In this document: piece by piece, positions 1-11,222 of the stretch | How positions within the stretch are numbered: position 1 is the stretch's first letter | Layout of the letters: each line of letters starts with the position of its first letter | Assembly (NCBI GenBank): GCA_965226045.1 | Contig: CBDDBU010000024.1 | Location: 68,425 to 132,424 of the forward strand | Source: Alphaproteobacteria bacterium | GTDB lineage: Bacteria > Pseudomonadota > Alphaproteobacteria > VGEJ01 | DNA: 64,000 bases | Direction of reading: 5' to 3' | Translations under genes and position numbers: made by a program | Notes under the pieces: generated by a model | What the model saw: only the letters and a program-made list of their open reading frames with translations | What the model was told of the DNA's origin: nothing | Databases searched by the model: none

Positions 1-2
1 TG

Positions 3-347
3 GTCGCTCACGCCAAGGTCGCCGAGGCGGCTGTCGTGGGCTATCCCCACGACATCAAAGGTCAGGGCATCTACGCCTATGTGACCCTGAATGTCGGCGA
101 CGAGCCGAACGATGACCTGCGCCAGGAACTCGTGCGCTGGGTGCGCAAGGAAATCGGCCCGATCGCCACGCCCGATCTGATTCAGTGGGCGCCCGGGCTG
201 CCCAAGACCCGCTCGGGCAAGATCATGCGCCGCATCCTGCGCAAGATCGCCGAGGACGATGCCGCTAACCTCGGCGACATCTCGACGCTCGCCGATCCGA
301 GCGTGGTCGGCGATCTCGTCGACAACCGAATGAACCGGGCCGCCTGA
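3..347 (+). CDS. acs: Acetyl-CoA synthetase, C-terminal part (runs off the left edge)
   Basis: Frame open from base 3: [27 protein letters not shown]...[18 protein letters not shown]...[12 protein letters not shown], the Acs C-terminal signature. Confidence 0.95.
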   Translation, partial: VAHAKVAEAAVVGYPHDIKGQGIYAYVTLNVGDEPNDDLRQELVRWVRKEIGPIATPDLIQWAPGLPKTRSGKIMRRILRKIAEDDAANLGDISTLADPSVVGDLVDNRMNRAA

Positions 348-377
348 GGTCTCAGGCCAAGCTTTCGGGCCGAGCCG

Positions 378-743
378 TCAGGCTGAGGGTTCAGGCCCCC
401 GCGCGCACCAGCGCGGTCGCGGCCCCCGGCCCTGGTAGGCACGGGCGAATCCCTCGGACAGCAGGGCGGTGGCGAGATCGAGGCCGGTGGCGGTGTGGAC
501 GCGGGCGATGACGCGGCCGGCGAGATCACGATCGGCCGCGCAGTGGCCCCTCAGTTCCGGCGCGTCGATTCCGGCGATGCGGGCCCGCACCGTCAATTCC
601 TGGCCCAGCCAAACCCGCGCGCGGGCCGCGAGCGTGTCGCCATCGATGACCTCGACGACCTCGGCCGAGATGGGTCCTGGCAGCGCCTCGCCGGCGACGA
701 CAGGGGCAACCGCGACGAAGGCGATCGCGAGGATCATAACCAT
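378..743 (-). CDS. Thermonuclease (SNase-like) family protein, apparently with an internal deletion
   Basis: Hydrophobic signal-like N-terminus, VIDGDTL and RIAGIDAPEL motifs, GRVIARV and LLSEGFARAY; the segment usually between ELRGHC and GRV is short. Confidence 0.7.
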   Translation of the reverse strand: MVMILAIAFVAVAPVVAGEALPGPISAEVVEVIDGDTLAARARVWLGQELTVRARIAGIDAPELRGHCAADRDLAGRVIARVHTATGLDLATALLSEGFARAYQGRGPRPRWCARGPEPSA

Positions 744-759
744 GACGGCCCCCACGTCC

Positions 760-1887
760 CGCGATCTCGATCTCCCTGATGGGTGGAACATATCCGAAGC
801 GCCCGAGCGGTGGTACGTGGTGGAGCAGGCCGGCCGGGTATTGAGCTTCGCGGATGGCGAGGACGCCAGCCGTGCGGCCGTGGCCATCGACATCTGCGGC
901 CGAGTCGATGACGGATCCAACGAGGCCGGCCTGCTCGGTCTCGCCTTCCACCCCGACTAACCCCGCCAATCGCGCGTGTTCCTGTCGTACACACGGGACG
1001 GATCGCCACTGGTCTCGGTGATCTCCGAGTTCGCCGTCGGGCCGGGCGGGACCAGCTTCGATCCCGACTCCGAGCGGATAATCCTCACGCTCGATCAGCC
1101 CTACGGAAATCATAACGGCGGCAAGATCGTCTTCGGGCCCGACGGCTATCTCTACATCGGCTTTGGCGATGGCTGCGCGGGCGGCGACCCTCAGGGCAAC
1201 GGTCAGAGCACGCGAACGCTGCTGGGCGCGCTGTTGCGGATCGACGTCGATAGCGGTGCGCCGTACGCGATCCCGGCCGACAATCCGTTCGCGACTGGCG
1301 GCGGCGCGCCCGAGATTTACGCCTGGGGCCTGCGCAATCCGTGGCGCTTCAGCTTCGATTCGGCGACCGGGGCGCTATGGCTGGCCGATGTCGGGCAGGA
1401 CAGGTGGGAGGAGATCGATATCGTCGAGCGGGGCAGCAACTACGGCTGGAACCTGCGCGAGGGCGCCCACCGCTACGCGCGAGGGACCGCGCCGCGGCCG
1501 CTCGTCGATCCGGTCTTCGACTATGGCCACGACCAGGGCTGCTCGATCACCGGGGGCTATGTCTATCGCGGCCGCGCCATCCCGGCGCTCGGTGGCATCT
1601 ACGTCTTCGGCGCTGTTTTTAGCGGCCGCGTCTGGGGCCTGTTTGCCGAGGTCAACGGCTACGTCGCGCCGCGGTTGCTCGATGCCGACATCAACATCTC
1701 ATCGTTTGGCGAGGGCCTGGATGGCGAGCTCTACGTGGTCGATCTGGGGGGCGGCGGTATCTACACGCTGGTGCCGGCCGAGGAGGCGCATCCGCCTAAA
1801 AGTCGCGGCAGATGCCGTTACGCTCCCAATCGCCGTAGCGAGTTGGCTCCGGCCCTTTGGGCCCGCCGATCTCGTGCTCGCGAATAG
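760..1887 (+). pseudogene. PQQ-dependent sugar (glucose/sorbosone) dehydrogenase, interrupted
   Basis: YVVEQAGRV..EAGLLGLAFHPD, then in-frame TAA at 958-960, then VFLSYT..NHNGGKIVFGPDGYLYIGFGDG..YAWGLRNPWRFSFD in the same frame; no signal peptide or clear start. Confidence 0.8.
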
Positions 1888-1966
1888 CGGGCGGCGTCGG
1901 TTTCGACTCGGGCTGGGATCGCGTCGGGGGGCGCGGCGCACGCGTCGGCTCGTCCATGGCCGTCAT
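1796..1966 (-). CDS. DUF1674 family small protein (SDH assembly factor 4-like)
   Basis: 56 aa ending EIGGPKGPEPTRYGDWERNGICRDF, the family hallmark; divergent from rsmB. Confidence 0.9.
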   Translation of the reverse strand: MTAMDEPTRAPRPPTRSQPESKPTPPAIREHEIGGPKGPEPTRYGDWERNGICRDF

Positions 1967-2050
1967 TCTAGTACGAAACCGCGCCGGTTGGGCGCCCTCA
2001 TAGCGCCCGGGAGCTGTGCACTCGAGGGTGGCCGTGCTAAGGCCATCGCC

Positions 2051-3355
2051 ATGGCGGACGCCGCGATTCCGGGTCTGGCCGCGCGCGAGGCCGCGCGGGT
2101 GCTGCTCGGCGAGGTGTTGATCAGCCGCCGACGGCTCGACGAGGTGTTCAGCGCCGCCGTCGCGCCGTTGCCCCCGCGCGATCGTGCCTTCGCACGCCTG
2201 TTGGTCGCCACCGTGCTGCGGCGCCTGGGGCAGATCGACGCAGTGCTCGCCGCGCGCCTCGAACGGCCGCTTTCCAAGAAGAATCGTTGGGTGCAGGACG
2301 TGCTGCGCCTTGGCGCGGCTCAGCTTTTGTTTATCGGCGCGTCGGCCCATGCCGCCGTGGCCTGCGCCGTCAGCCAATGCGAGGGCGCGCCGCCGCTCAA
2401 AGGCCTCGTCAACGCGGTGCTCCGGCGGATCGCTAGCGACGGCGCGGCCCTGACCGAGGCCCAAGACGCGGCGCGGCTCAACACGCCAGCGTGGTTGTGG
2501 CAGAGCTGGGAGGAGGCCCATGGAGCGGCGGCGGCGCGGGCGATCGCCGAGGCCCATCTCGGCGAACCGCCGCGCGACCTCACCGTCGCCCGCGAGCCGA
2601 GCAAATGGGCCGACCGGCTCGGCGCGCGCCAGCTGCCGTGGGGTAACCTTAGGATCGATCGCCCGACCGGCGCCGTCGAGGATTTGCCCGGCTACGCGGA
2701 AGGGGCGTGGTGGGTCCAAGACGCTGCGGCGGCCCTGCCCGCGACGCTGCTGTTGGCCGCGCACACCGGCGCCGGCACGCGGGTCCTCGATCTGTGCGCG
2801 GCGCCGGGCGGCAAGACCGCGCAGCTCGCCGCCGCCGGGGCGCGGGTGACGGCGCTCGACAGGGCGCCGGGGCGGATCGAGCGCCTGGGCACGAATTTGC
2901 GCCGCTTGAAGCTCGACGCCGAGGTGGTCACGGCGGACGCGGCGACCTGGCGGCCGCCCGAGCCATACCCGGCGGTGCTGCTGGACGCGCCCTGCACCGC
3001 GACCGGGACGGTCCGCCGCCATCCTGACATCCCGCGCTTGAAGCGGGCGGACGATGTGGCGCGTATGAGTGGCGTGCAGGACAAGCTGCTCGACGCGGCG
3101 GCCGCGATGCTCGCGCCGGGCGGAACGCTGGTGTATTGCGTCTGCTCGCTGGAGCCCGAGGAGTGCGAGCCGCGGATCGCGCGGCTGCTCGACGCCAGAG
3201 CGGGCCTGCGGCGAGCGCCCATCAGCGCCGCCGAACTCGGGGGTCACGGCGAACTGCTCACAGCGGCCGGCGATCTACGCACCCTGCCCTGTCATCTCGC
3301 CGGCGAGGGCGGGCTCGACGGTTTCTACGCCGCGCGGCTGCGGCGCGAGACCTAG
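2051..3355 (+). CDS. rsmB: RsmB/NOP family rRNA m5C methyltransferase
   Basis: NusB-like N-terminus (GLVNAVLRR), WWVQDAAA, VLDLCAAPGGKT, LLDAPCTATG, DGFYAARL. Confidence 0.92.
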   Translation: MADAAIPGLAAREAARVLLGEVLISRRRLDEVFSAAVAPLPPRDRAFARLLVATVLRRLGQIDAVLAARLERPLSKKNRWVQDVLRLGAAQLLFIGASAHAAVACAVSQCEGAPPLKGLVNAVLRRIASDGAALTEAQDAARLNTPAWLWQSWEEAHGAAAARAIAEAHLGEPPRDLTVAREPSKWADRLGARQLPWGNLRIDRPTGAVEDLPGYAEGAWWVQDAAAALPATLLLAAHTGAGTRVLDLCAAPGGKTAQLAAAGARVTALDRAPGRIERLGTNLRRLKLDAEVVTADAATWRPPEPYPAVLLDAPCTATGTVRRHPDIPRLKRADDVARMSGVQDKLLDAAAAMLAPGGTLVYCVCSLEPEECEPRIARLLDARAGLRRAPISAAELGGHGELLTAAGDLRTLPCHLAGEGGLDGFYAARLRRET

Positions 3356-4123
3356 TCGCCCCCCCCCCAAGTCTTGGCTATCCGTGGCCACGAAAAGATA
3401 ATCGCCATCGCCCACGAATCCGGGTGCCGGGCGGCCGTCGGCGAGGCGGACGGCCGTGTAGCCGAGCGGGGCAAGGATGTCCCACGCCTCGGTGGCGTCG
3501 GTCCCGGCACGGGCGAGGTGAGCCGCGACCAGCTCGACCATGACGGCGGGGCGGTGGCGGGCCAGGCTCTCGCGGCCACCGCACAAGAGCCGCACCTCCC
3601 AACCCTCAATGTCGGCCTTGACGAAGTCGAGCCGCTCAAGCGCGGTCTCACGCACGAAGTTATCGAGGGTGGTTGCCCGCACGGTCTCCTGGGTGACGGC
3701 CCGGCCCCGATCATTCCCCACAGGTGGGCCAAGGTGCGCCAGCCCAAAGCCGAGGCTACCACTGGGCTTGATTGGCATCGCCAAGCGGGCCGTGCCCGCC
3801 GCGTCCGAAAGCGCCAGGGGCACCAGCGTGACTTGGCGTAGCCGACGCCAGCGCACCACCCGCGCGAGTATGCTCAAGGCATAGGCGCCCGGCTCGAAAG
3901 CATAGACCTGTCCCGATGGCGCAAGCGCCGCGAACAGCTTGGCGAACTGCCCGGCGTGGGCGCCGGCGTCGATCACCACCCCGTCGGGTGGCACATGGGC
4001 GCGAAGCAGATTCCACAGCTGGCGGTGATGCTGGCGAGCGAGCGCCTTGTACAGATGCGCGAGGTACGTCAGGCGCTGGCGCGGAGTCAGATTAGGGCGC
4101 GGCGTAAGAAAGGGGCCCGGCAT
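3275..4123 (-). CDS. FkbM family methyltransferase
   Basis: VIDAGAHAGQF, VYAFEPG, TTLD, FVKADIEGWE motifs. Confidence 0.88.
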   Translation of the reverse strand: MPGPFLTPRPNLTPRQRLTYLAHLYKALARQHHRQLWNLLRAHVPPDGVVIDAGAHAGQFAKLFAALAPSGQVYAFEPGAYALSILARVVRWRRLRQVTLVPLALSDAAGTARLAMPIKPSGSLGFGLAHLGPPVGNDRGRAVTQETVRATTLDNFVRETALERLDFVKADIEGWEVRLLCGGRESLARHRPAVMVELVAAHLARAGTDATEAWDILAPLGYTAVRLADGRPAPGFVGDGDYLFVATDSQDLGGGRLGLAPQPRGVETVEPALAGEMTGQGA

Positions 4124-4199
4124 GGGCCCGGATCGTCGCATATCGCGACGCGGCAAGGCCACCACTTGCCGGGGTCGCGTGAAGCTGGTAACTCAAGCC

Positions 4200-4915
<716 letters not shown>

Positions 4916-4919
<4 letters not shown>

Positions 4920-6535
4920 CGAACCTGGCCTGGTCCGAGCGCCTGGTCGACCGGTTGAAGGGCACGGTCGGCTTCGGCTCGCCGGGCGGCGCCAGCACGG
5001 GCGGTCGGCCTGCGCGGCTGATCGCGAGCATTGAGGACCCCTACCCCGGCGAGGCGGCGCGCGCCGATGAGCTGTTGCACGGCCAGTATTGTTTCCTCGG
5101 CGAGGAGCGGGGCGCGCGCGGCGCCTCGCCCTGGCAGGTCGTCGACGCCTCGCCGGCGTGGTGGGCCGAGGCCGAAGCGTTCGACTGGCTGCGCGACTTT
5201 CGCGCCAACGGGGGCACAGCGGCCGGGCACAAGGCGCGCGAGCTGTGTCAAGGCTGGTTCCAGGCGCGCCATCCCGACGTCGCGTGGCGGCCGGATGTCG
5301 TGGGCCGCCGGGTGGCGGCCTGGCTGGCGCACGCCGGGTTCTTGTTGCGTGACGCCGACGCCAGGTTTCACGGCGCCTTTCTCGCCAGCCTGGGCGCCCA
5401 AGTTCGCCGCTTGGAGCGGACAGCGCATCGGGCGCCCGATGGGGCTGGCCGACTCGCCGCAGGCGCCGCGCTGGTCCTCGCCGGGCTCGCCCTGGCGCGC
5501 GCCGAGCGTCCGCGGGCCCGCGGGCTACGGTTGCTTGAAACCGAGGTCCGCCGCCAAATCCTCAGCGATGGCGGCCACGTCTCGCGCAACCCCTCGACCC
5601 TGTTGTTCGCGTTCGCCCAGTTGATTCGCGCCCAATCCACGCATCGCGCGCTGAATCGCGAGGCCCCGTCGTTTCTCGGTCACGCCGTGGAGCGCATCGC
5701 GCCAATGTTACGTCTGCTGCGTCATGGCGACGGCGGTCTCGCGCTGTTCAACGGTGGGGCCGAGGAATCAGCTCTGGTCATCGATACCCTGCTCGGCGAG
5801 GCCAAGGTCGACAGAGCCCCCTTGGTCTCGGCGCCCCACGGCGGCTACGAACGTCTGCGCGCCGAGCGCCTGGTCCTGTGCCTCGATGCCGGCGCGCCAC
5901 CGCCCCGGCCCTTCGATCACGACGCCCACGCCGGCGTCGCGAGCTTCGAGCTCAGCGTCGGGCGCGAGCGCCTGGTGGTGAACTGCGGCGCCGCGCCCGT
6001 TCACAACGTCGATTGGTGGGCGGCGAGCCGCGCCTCGGCCGCGCATTCGACCCTGGTGATCGATGATACCAACGCCGTTGGCCTGGCCCCCGGCGGCGGC
6101 GTGAACCGCCGGCCGCCGCCGCCGCGCGTCCAGCGCCGCGACACCGAGGACGGCTCGGCGATCGAGATCGATCACGACGGCTATCGTGAGCTCTTCGATA
6201 TCCAGCATTCGCGCGCGCTGGCGCTCGCCGCCGACGGCGCCAGCATCGAGGGCGAGGACCGGCTGAACGGCGGCCGCCCCACGCCCTATGCGGTGCGCTT
6301 CCACCTCCACCCCCGGGTAAGCGCCTCGCTGGTTCAGGATGGACGAGCGGCGCTCTTGCGTCTGGCCGAGGGCGCGGGCTGGGTATTCGCGACCGAGGGC
6401 GGACGGCTTGCCCTCGAGGGCAGCGTCTACCTTGGCGAGCGCGGCGAGACGCGGCGCGGCGAACAGCTCGTCATCAACGCCACTCACGCCGGTCGCGAGA
6501 GCCGAATCCGCTGGCGCTTCGACCGCTCGGCCTGA
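4916..6535 (+). CDS. Heparinase II/III family protein
   Basis: QILSDGGHVSRNP, RHGDGGLALFNG, HAGVASFELS, LVVNCG, AAHSTL, HDGY, RFHLHP; ATGA overlap with rpe. Confidence 0.88.
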
Positions 6536-6557
6536 CCGGGACGACTGGCCCCGCCCC

Positions 6558-6944
6558 ATGCTCAGCTCTGATCGACTCAGCGATTATGAACGCGACGGCT
6601 TTCTGGTCATCAAGGGCTTCGCCCCACCCGCGACCTGCGCCACCCTGAGGGCGGCAGCCGACGCGCTGGTCGCCGACTTCGAGCCTGACGGGGCCGCCTT
6701 GATCTTCTCGACCCGTGATCAGGCGCACGTCACCGACGCGTACTTTCTCGACTCCGGCGACAAGGTGCGCTTCTTTTTCGAGGAAGAGGCGTTCGACGCG
6801 GCCGGCCGACCGCGCCAGCCCACGGCGCGCTCGATCAACAAGATCGGCCACGCGCTGCACGATCTCGATCTCATCTGCGCGGGGCCCGCGCGGCGTTACT
6901 TCAAGGATGGAGGCATTCTACAGCCGTCCCACAAGCCGGGATAG
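6558..6944 (+). pseudogene. Phytanoyl-CoA dioxygenase (PhyH) family, N-terminal fragment
   Basis: YERDGFLVI..YFLDSGDKVRFFFEEEAF..SINKIGHALHDLD; similarity ends at about 6870, before the Fe-binding HxD motif. Confidence 0.75.
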
Positions 6945-7027
6945 CGGGCCGGGCCCGGTGGGCTTCCAAAAACAATCCCCCTTGCTGAGGAGGCGCCAAG
7001 CATCGCCGCGAAGCCCGGCCCCGCGCC

Positions 7028-8638
7028 CTAGATCTCGCCCCCGCCCATGGCTTCGGCGATGTGCCCGGCTTGGCGCACCGCCAGGGCGACGATCGTCAGC
7101 GTCGGGTTGCCGGCCATCGCCGAGGCGAATTGGCTGCCATCGGAGACGAATAGGTTGGCCACCTCGTGGGCCCGGCCCCAGCTATCGACCACGCCATGGG
7201 CCGGATCGGCGCTCATGCGGCAGGTGCCCATGTGGTGGGCCGAGGGCCAGGCGCCGGGCGCCTCGTAGGTCCGCCGGGCGCCGATCGCCTCGTACAGCGC
7301 GCGCGATTTCTTGATGCCGTGATTCTTGATCGCGAGCTCGTTGGGGTGATCGTCGAGGTTGAGGCTGGGGATCGGCAGGCCGTGGTGGTCCTTCTCGCTT
7401 CCGTGCAAGGTGAGCCGGTTGGTCGCCAGCGCCAGGTCCTCGCCCATGATGACCAGACACGCGATGTGGTCGTAGGCCTCGATCCAGCGGGTGTGCGCCC
7501 GGCCCCAGAGCTTGTAGTCAAAGTAGGAGGCGAAGTAGGGCAGCCCATAGGCGAAGAGCGAGGTGTAATAGCCGCCGGCGAAGCCACGGGCCGGGTCGTG
7601 GCGGCACTCGTCGCGGATAAGCCCGGCGCACGGGTTGCCCCGGTGCATGTTCACCGGCTGCTCGAACTCGCCATAGACGAAGGCGAAGGTGTGGCGCATG
7701 TAGTGTTTGCCGACCATGCCTGAGCCGTTGGCGAGACCGTCTGGAAACAGGCTCGTCTCCGAGTTCAACAGCAGCCGCGGGCTCTGGATCGCGTTGCCGG
7801 CGACGCATACCACGCGGGCTTTTTGCAGGTGGTGGTGGCCGTGGCGGTCGGCATACAGCACCCCGCTCGCCCGCCCGGCCCGGTCGTGCTCGATCCGGAG
7901 CGCCATGCACGAGGAGCGAATCTCGCAGCGCCCGGTCGCCTCCGCCTTGGGCAGTTCGGCGTTCATCGTCGACCACTTGGCGCCCGACTTGCAGCCCTCG
8001 CGACAAAAGCCAATCTGGTCGCAGCCGTTGCGGCCATCGCGCGGCACGATGTTGATCGCCATGTGGTTGGTGTCGACCTGGGTGTAGCCGATCCGCCGGG
8101 CACCGGCGGCCATCACCTTGTAGTTGTTGTTGGCCTGGGGCCACGGCATGCCGTGGGTGCCGGTGACCCCCATCTTGTCCTCGGCGCGGTCGTAGTAGGG
8201 CGCGAGCTCGTCCAGCCGCAGCGGCCAGTCGGCGAGGTTGGCGCCCGCCACCTCGCCGTAGAGGGTCCGGGTCCGAAGCTCGTAGTCCTGGAAGCGCACG
8301 CTGGTGCCGGCCCAGTGCAGCGTCGTGCCGCCGACCCCCTTGCACGTCCACACCGGTGCCTCGGGGAAGTTTTCCGCCACCAGCGAGGACCCGGTCGCGG
8401 CGCACTTGTCGTGCCATGTGAGCTTGGCATGCATCGCAAACTCGTCGTTCTCGAAGTCGGCTTCCGCGAAGCGCGGTCCGGCCTCGATCACCACCACGTC
8501 GATGCCTTTGGCCGTGAGTTCACACGCGAGCGTGCCGCCGCCGGCGCCCGAACCGACGATCACCACCACGCTCCCGTCGTCGCGATCGAATGTAACGGTG
8601 GCGAGCTCGTCGCGGTCGCCGTCGGGCGGGCCGGTCAT
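7028..8638 (-). CDS. GMC family FAD oxidoreductase
   Basis: VGSGAGG..IEAG, GVGGTTLHWAG, LLLNS, HHMGTCRM..GVVD..NLFVSDGS..NPTLTI. Confidence 0.92.
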   Translation of the reverse strand: MTGPPDGDRDELATVTFDRDDGSVVVIVGSGAGGGTLACELTAKGIDVVVIEAGPRFAEADFENDEFAMHAKLTWHDKCAATGSSLVAENFPEAPVWTCKGVGGTTLHWAGTSVRFQDYELRTRTLYGEVAGANLADWPLRLDELAPYYDRAEDKMGVTGTHGMPWPQANNNYKVMAAGARRIGYTQVDTNHMAINIVPRDGRNGCDQIGFCREGCKSGAKWSTMNAELPKAEATGRCEIRSSCMALRIEHDRAGRASGVLYADRHGHHHLQKARVVCVAGNAIQSPRLLLNSETSLFPDGLANGSGMVGKHYMRHTFAFVYGEFEQPVNMHRGNPCAGLIRDECRHDPARGFAGGYYTSLFAYGLPYFASYFDYKLWGRAHTRWIEAYDHIACLVIMGEDLALATNRLTLHGSEKDHHGLPIPSLNLDDHPNELAIKNHGIKKSRALYEAIGARRTYEAPGAWPSAHHMGTCRMSADPAHGVVDSWGRAHEVANLFVSDGSQFASAMAGNPTLTIVALAVRQAGHIAEAMGGGEI

Positions 8639-8645
8639 GGTCGGC

Positions 8646-8762
8646 TCACCCGGCCGCCGCGATCACAGTCGCGAATTTGCCGTGGATGCAGCAGTTGCCG
8701 AGCACGGCGACGCGATAGCGGCCGGCCTCGCCCATCAATCCGCCCCCTCGCGCAAAACTCAT
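8646..8762 (-). pseudogene. Possible N-terminal remnant of a Gfo/Idh/MocA-type oxidoreductase
   Basis: Short frame MSFARGGGLMGEAGRYRVAVLGNCCIHGKFATVIAAAG*; the YRVAVLG start resembles a Rossmann first strand. Confidence 0.3.
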
Positions 8763-8971
8763 AGCTGCACGGCCTCCAGGATACGGCCTCGCGCCCGCCG
8801 ACGAAAGTGCGCGGCTTGTTCAGCCGGTTTGCCGCGCGCGTGATTGACGCGCCTTTGCGTGATTACCGGCGGAGCAAAGATGCCCCACGCGAGGCGGCCG
8901 GGCGGTCCGGTCGCGGCGGCGCAAAAATGCGCCAGCTATGGTCCCTTGTCTGTTTTGGCGAGGGGCGGGGG

Positions 8972-10468
8972 ATGTACGGCGTGGAGCTCTATGCGGCGGT
9001 TCGGCTGGCGGTTGTCGATGAGGGGTTGAGCCACCACGAGGCGGGGCGGCGGTTCGGCATCGACCGCCGGACTGTGAAGAAGATGCTGAGCTATGCGGCG
9101 CCGCCGGGATATCGCCGGACGAAGCCGGTACGGCGGCCGAAGCTGGACGGGTTCACCGGCATCGTCGACGCGATCCTGGAGGCGGACACGGATCCGGACG
9201 TGCCGCGCAAGCAGCGGCACACGGCGCATCGGATTTTCGAGCGTCTGCGGGACGAGCACGGGTTTTCCGGCGGCTACACGATCGTGAAGGACTATGTCCG
9301 TTCCCGGCGGCAGTCGACGCGCGAGGCCTTCGTGCCGCTGCATCACCCGCCGGGCCATGCCCAGGTCGACTTCGGCGAGGCGGTGGTCGAGCTGCGGGGC
9401 TGTCGGGAGAAGGTCGCCTTCTTCTGCCTGATCCTGCCCCATTCGAACGTCTGGTTCGTCAAGGCCTATCCGAGGGAGACGACGGAGGCCTTCCTGGACG
9501 GTCATGTCAGCGCCTTCGCCTTCCTCGGCGGTATCCCCCGATCGATCCTGTACGACAACACCACCCTTGCGGTGGCGCGGATCCTGGGCGACGGCACGCG
9601 GCGGCGCACCCAGGCGTTTTCGCATCTGCAATCGCATTATCTGTTCCGCGACCGCTTCGGCCGGCCCGGCAAGGGCAACGACAAGGGCAAGGTCGAGGCC
9701 CTGGTGAAGACGGCGCGGCGCAAGTTCATGGTGCCGATCCCGAAGCTGCACGACCTCGATACTCTGAACGAGCGGCTGATGGCGCGCTGCCTGGAGCGCC
9801 TCGATGCGCTGGAGGAAGGCGAGCAGGCGGTGGCGCTGCTGGCCGACCTGGAAGCCCTACGCACGCTGCCGGCTTCTCCCTTCGAGGCCTGCGAGCACAT
9901 GCCCGGCCAGGTCTCGTCGACGGCCCTGGTGCGCTACCGGCTGGTGGATTACTCGGCGCCGACGATGCACGCCCACAAGAAGGTCATGGTCAAGGGCTAT
10001 GTCGATCGGGTCGAGATCGCGCTCGGCGCCGAGATCGTCGCTCGCCATCGGCGCTCCTATGTCCGCGGCGACGTCGTCTACGACCCATTGCACTATCTTT
10101 CGCTGCTGGAGAAGAAGCCGGGCGCCCTGGACCAGGCGGCGCCGCTGCGCGGATGGAAGCTCGATCCGGCCTTCGATACGTTGCGCCGTCTCCTCGAAGC
10201 GCGCTTGGGCCCGCGCGGCAAGCGCGACTACATCCAGGTGCTGCGCCTGCTGGAGGACTTTCCGGAACGCCAGGTGACGGAAGCGGTGCGTGACGCGGTG
10301 AAGCGGCGCGTGATCGGCTTCGACGCCGTCAAGCACCTGCTGCTGGCCCGCATCGAGAAGCGGCCGGCGCATCTGGATCTGTCGCGCTATCCGCATTTGC
10401 CCCAGCCCTTCGTCGCCGCCACCCGCAGCGCCGACTACGCCACCCTGCTGGCCGCCGGCCATGGCTGA
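8972..10468 (+). CDS. istA: IS21 transposase
   Basis: N-terminal HTH, HTAHRIFERL, AQVDFGE, ILYDN, KGKVE (DDE), YDPLHYL. Confidence 0.95.
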   Translation: MYGVELYAAVRLAVVDEGLSHHEAGRRFGIDRRTVKKMLSYAAPPGYRRTKPVRRPKLDGFTGIVDAILEADTDPDVPRKQRHTAHRIFERLRDEHGFSGGYTIVKDYVRSRRQSTREAFVPLHHPPGHAQVDFGEAVVELRGCREKVAFFCLILPHSNVWFVKAYPRETTEAFLDGHVSAFAFLGGIPRSILYDNTTLAVARILGDGTRRRTQAFSHLQSHYLFRDRFGRPGKGNDKGKVEALVKTARRKFMVPIPKLHDLDTLNERLMARCLERLDALEEGEQAVALLADLEALRTLPASPFEACEHMPGQVSSTALVRYRLVDYSAPTMHAHKKVMVKGYVDRVEIALGAEIVARHRRSYVRGDVVYDPLHYLSLLEKKPGALDQAAPLRGWKLDPAFDTLRRLLEARLGPRGKRDYIQVLRLLEDFPERQVTEAVRDAVKRRVIGFDAVKHLLLARIEKRPAHLDLSRYPHLPQPFVAATRSADYATLLAAGHG

Positions 10469-11222
10469 GGCCCCCCGCATCCTGCTCGAGCATCACCTGA
10501 AGAGGCTGAAGCTGCCCACCTTCCTGCGGGAATACGAGAAAGTCGCCCAACAGTGCGCGGCCGAGGGCCTGGATCATGTCCAGTTCCTGGCCCGTCTGGT
10601 GGAGCTGGAGCTGATCGACCGCGAGCGCCGGCTGGTCGAGCGGCGCATCAGGCAAGCCGGGTTCCCCGTCGTCAAACAGCTCGAGAGCTTCGACTTCAAG
10701 GCCATCCCCAGCCTCAACAAGATGTTGGTGCTGGATCTCGCGCGCGGCGATTACATCGACCGTCGCGAGAACGTGATCCTGTTGGGCCCATCAGGCGTCG
10801 GCAAGACTCATATCGCCCTCGCCCTCGGCCTCGCCGCCTGCCAGAAGGGCCTCAGCGTCCGCTTCGCCACCGCCTCCCAGCTGGTCCACGAGCTGATCGA
10901 GGCGCGCGACGAGAAGAGACTGCTCCGCCTCCAGGCCCAGCTCGCCAAGGTCAGCCTCCTGATCGTCGACGAACTCGGATACGTGCCCCTGTCGCAGACC
11001 GGAAGCGAGCTGCTGTTCGACGTCTTCAGCCGGCGCTACGAAAACGGCGCCACAATCGTCACCTCGAACCTGCCCTTCCAGGAATGGACCTCCGTCTTCG
11101 CCAGCGAGCGCCTCACCGGCGCCCTGCTCGACCGCATCACCCACCATGTTCATATCCTGGAGATGAACGCCGAGAGCTATCGGCTCAAGCAGAGCCGATC
11201 CCGACGACGCCCGTCCGAATAA
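10461..11222 (+). CDS. istB: IS21 helper ATPase
   Basis: GPSGVGKT, LLIVDELGY, IVTSN, ALLDRITHH..ESYR. Confidence 0.96.
   Translation: MAEAPRILLEHHLKRLKLPTFLREYEKVAQQCAAEGLDHVQFLARLVELELIDRERRLVERRIRQAGFPVVKQLESFDFKAIPSLNKMLVLDLARGDYIDRRENVILLGPSGVGKTHIALALGLAACQKGLSVRFATASQLVHELIEARDEKRLLRLQAQLAKVSLLIVDELGYVPLSQTGSELLFDVFSRRYENGATIVTSNLPFQEWTSVFASERLTGALLDRITHHVHILEMNAESYRLKQSRSRRRPSE

Noticed and set aside
1163-2050. N-terminal extension of the 730-aa ORF as a fusion to RsmB
   Set aside because: Low-complexity Arg/Ala/Ser off-frame reading of the PQQ dehydrogenase; the real start is at 2051
1967-3247. Long antisense ORF 1796..3247
   Set aside because: Shadow of rsmB in high-GC DNA; only the last 56 codons (DUF1674) are credible
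6870-7028. ZTP riboswitch or purH leader after the heparinase block
   Set aside because: No matching consensus seen, and purH is not in the window
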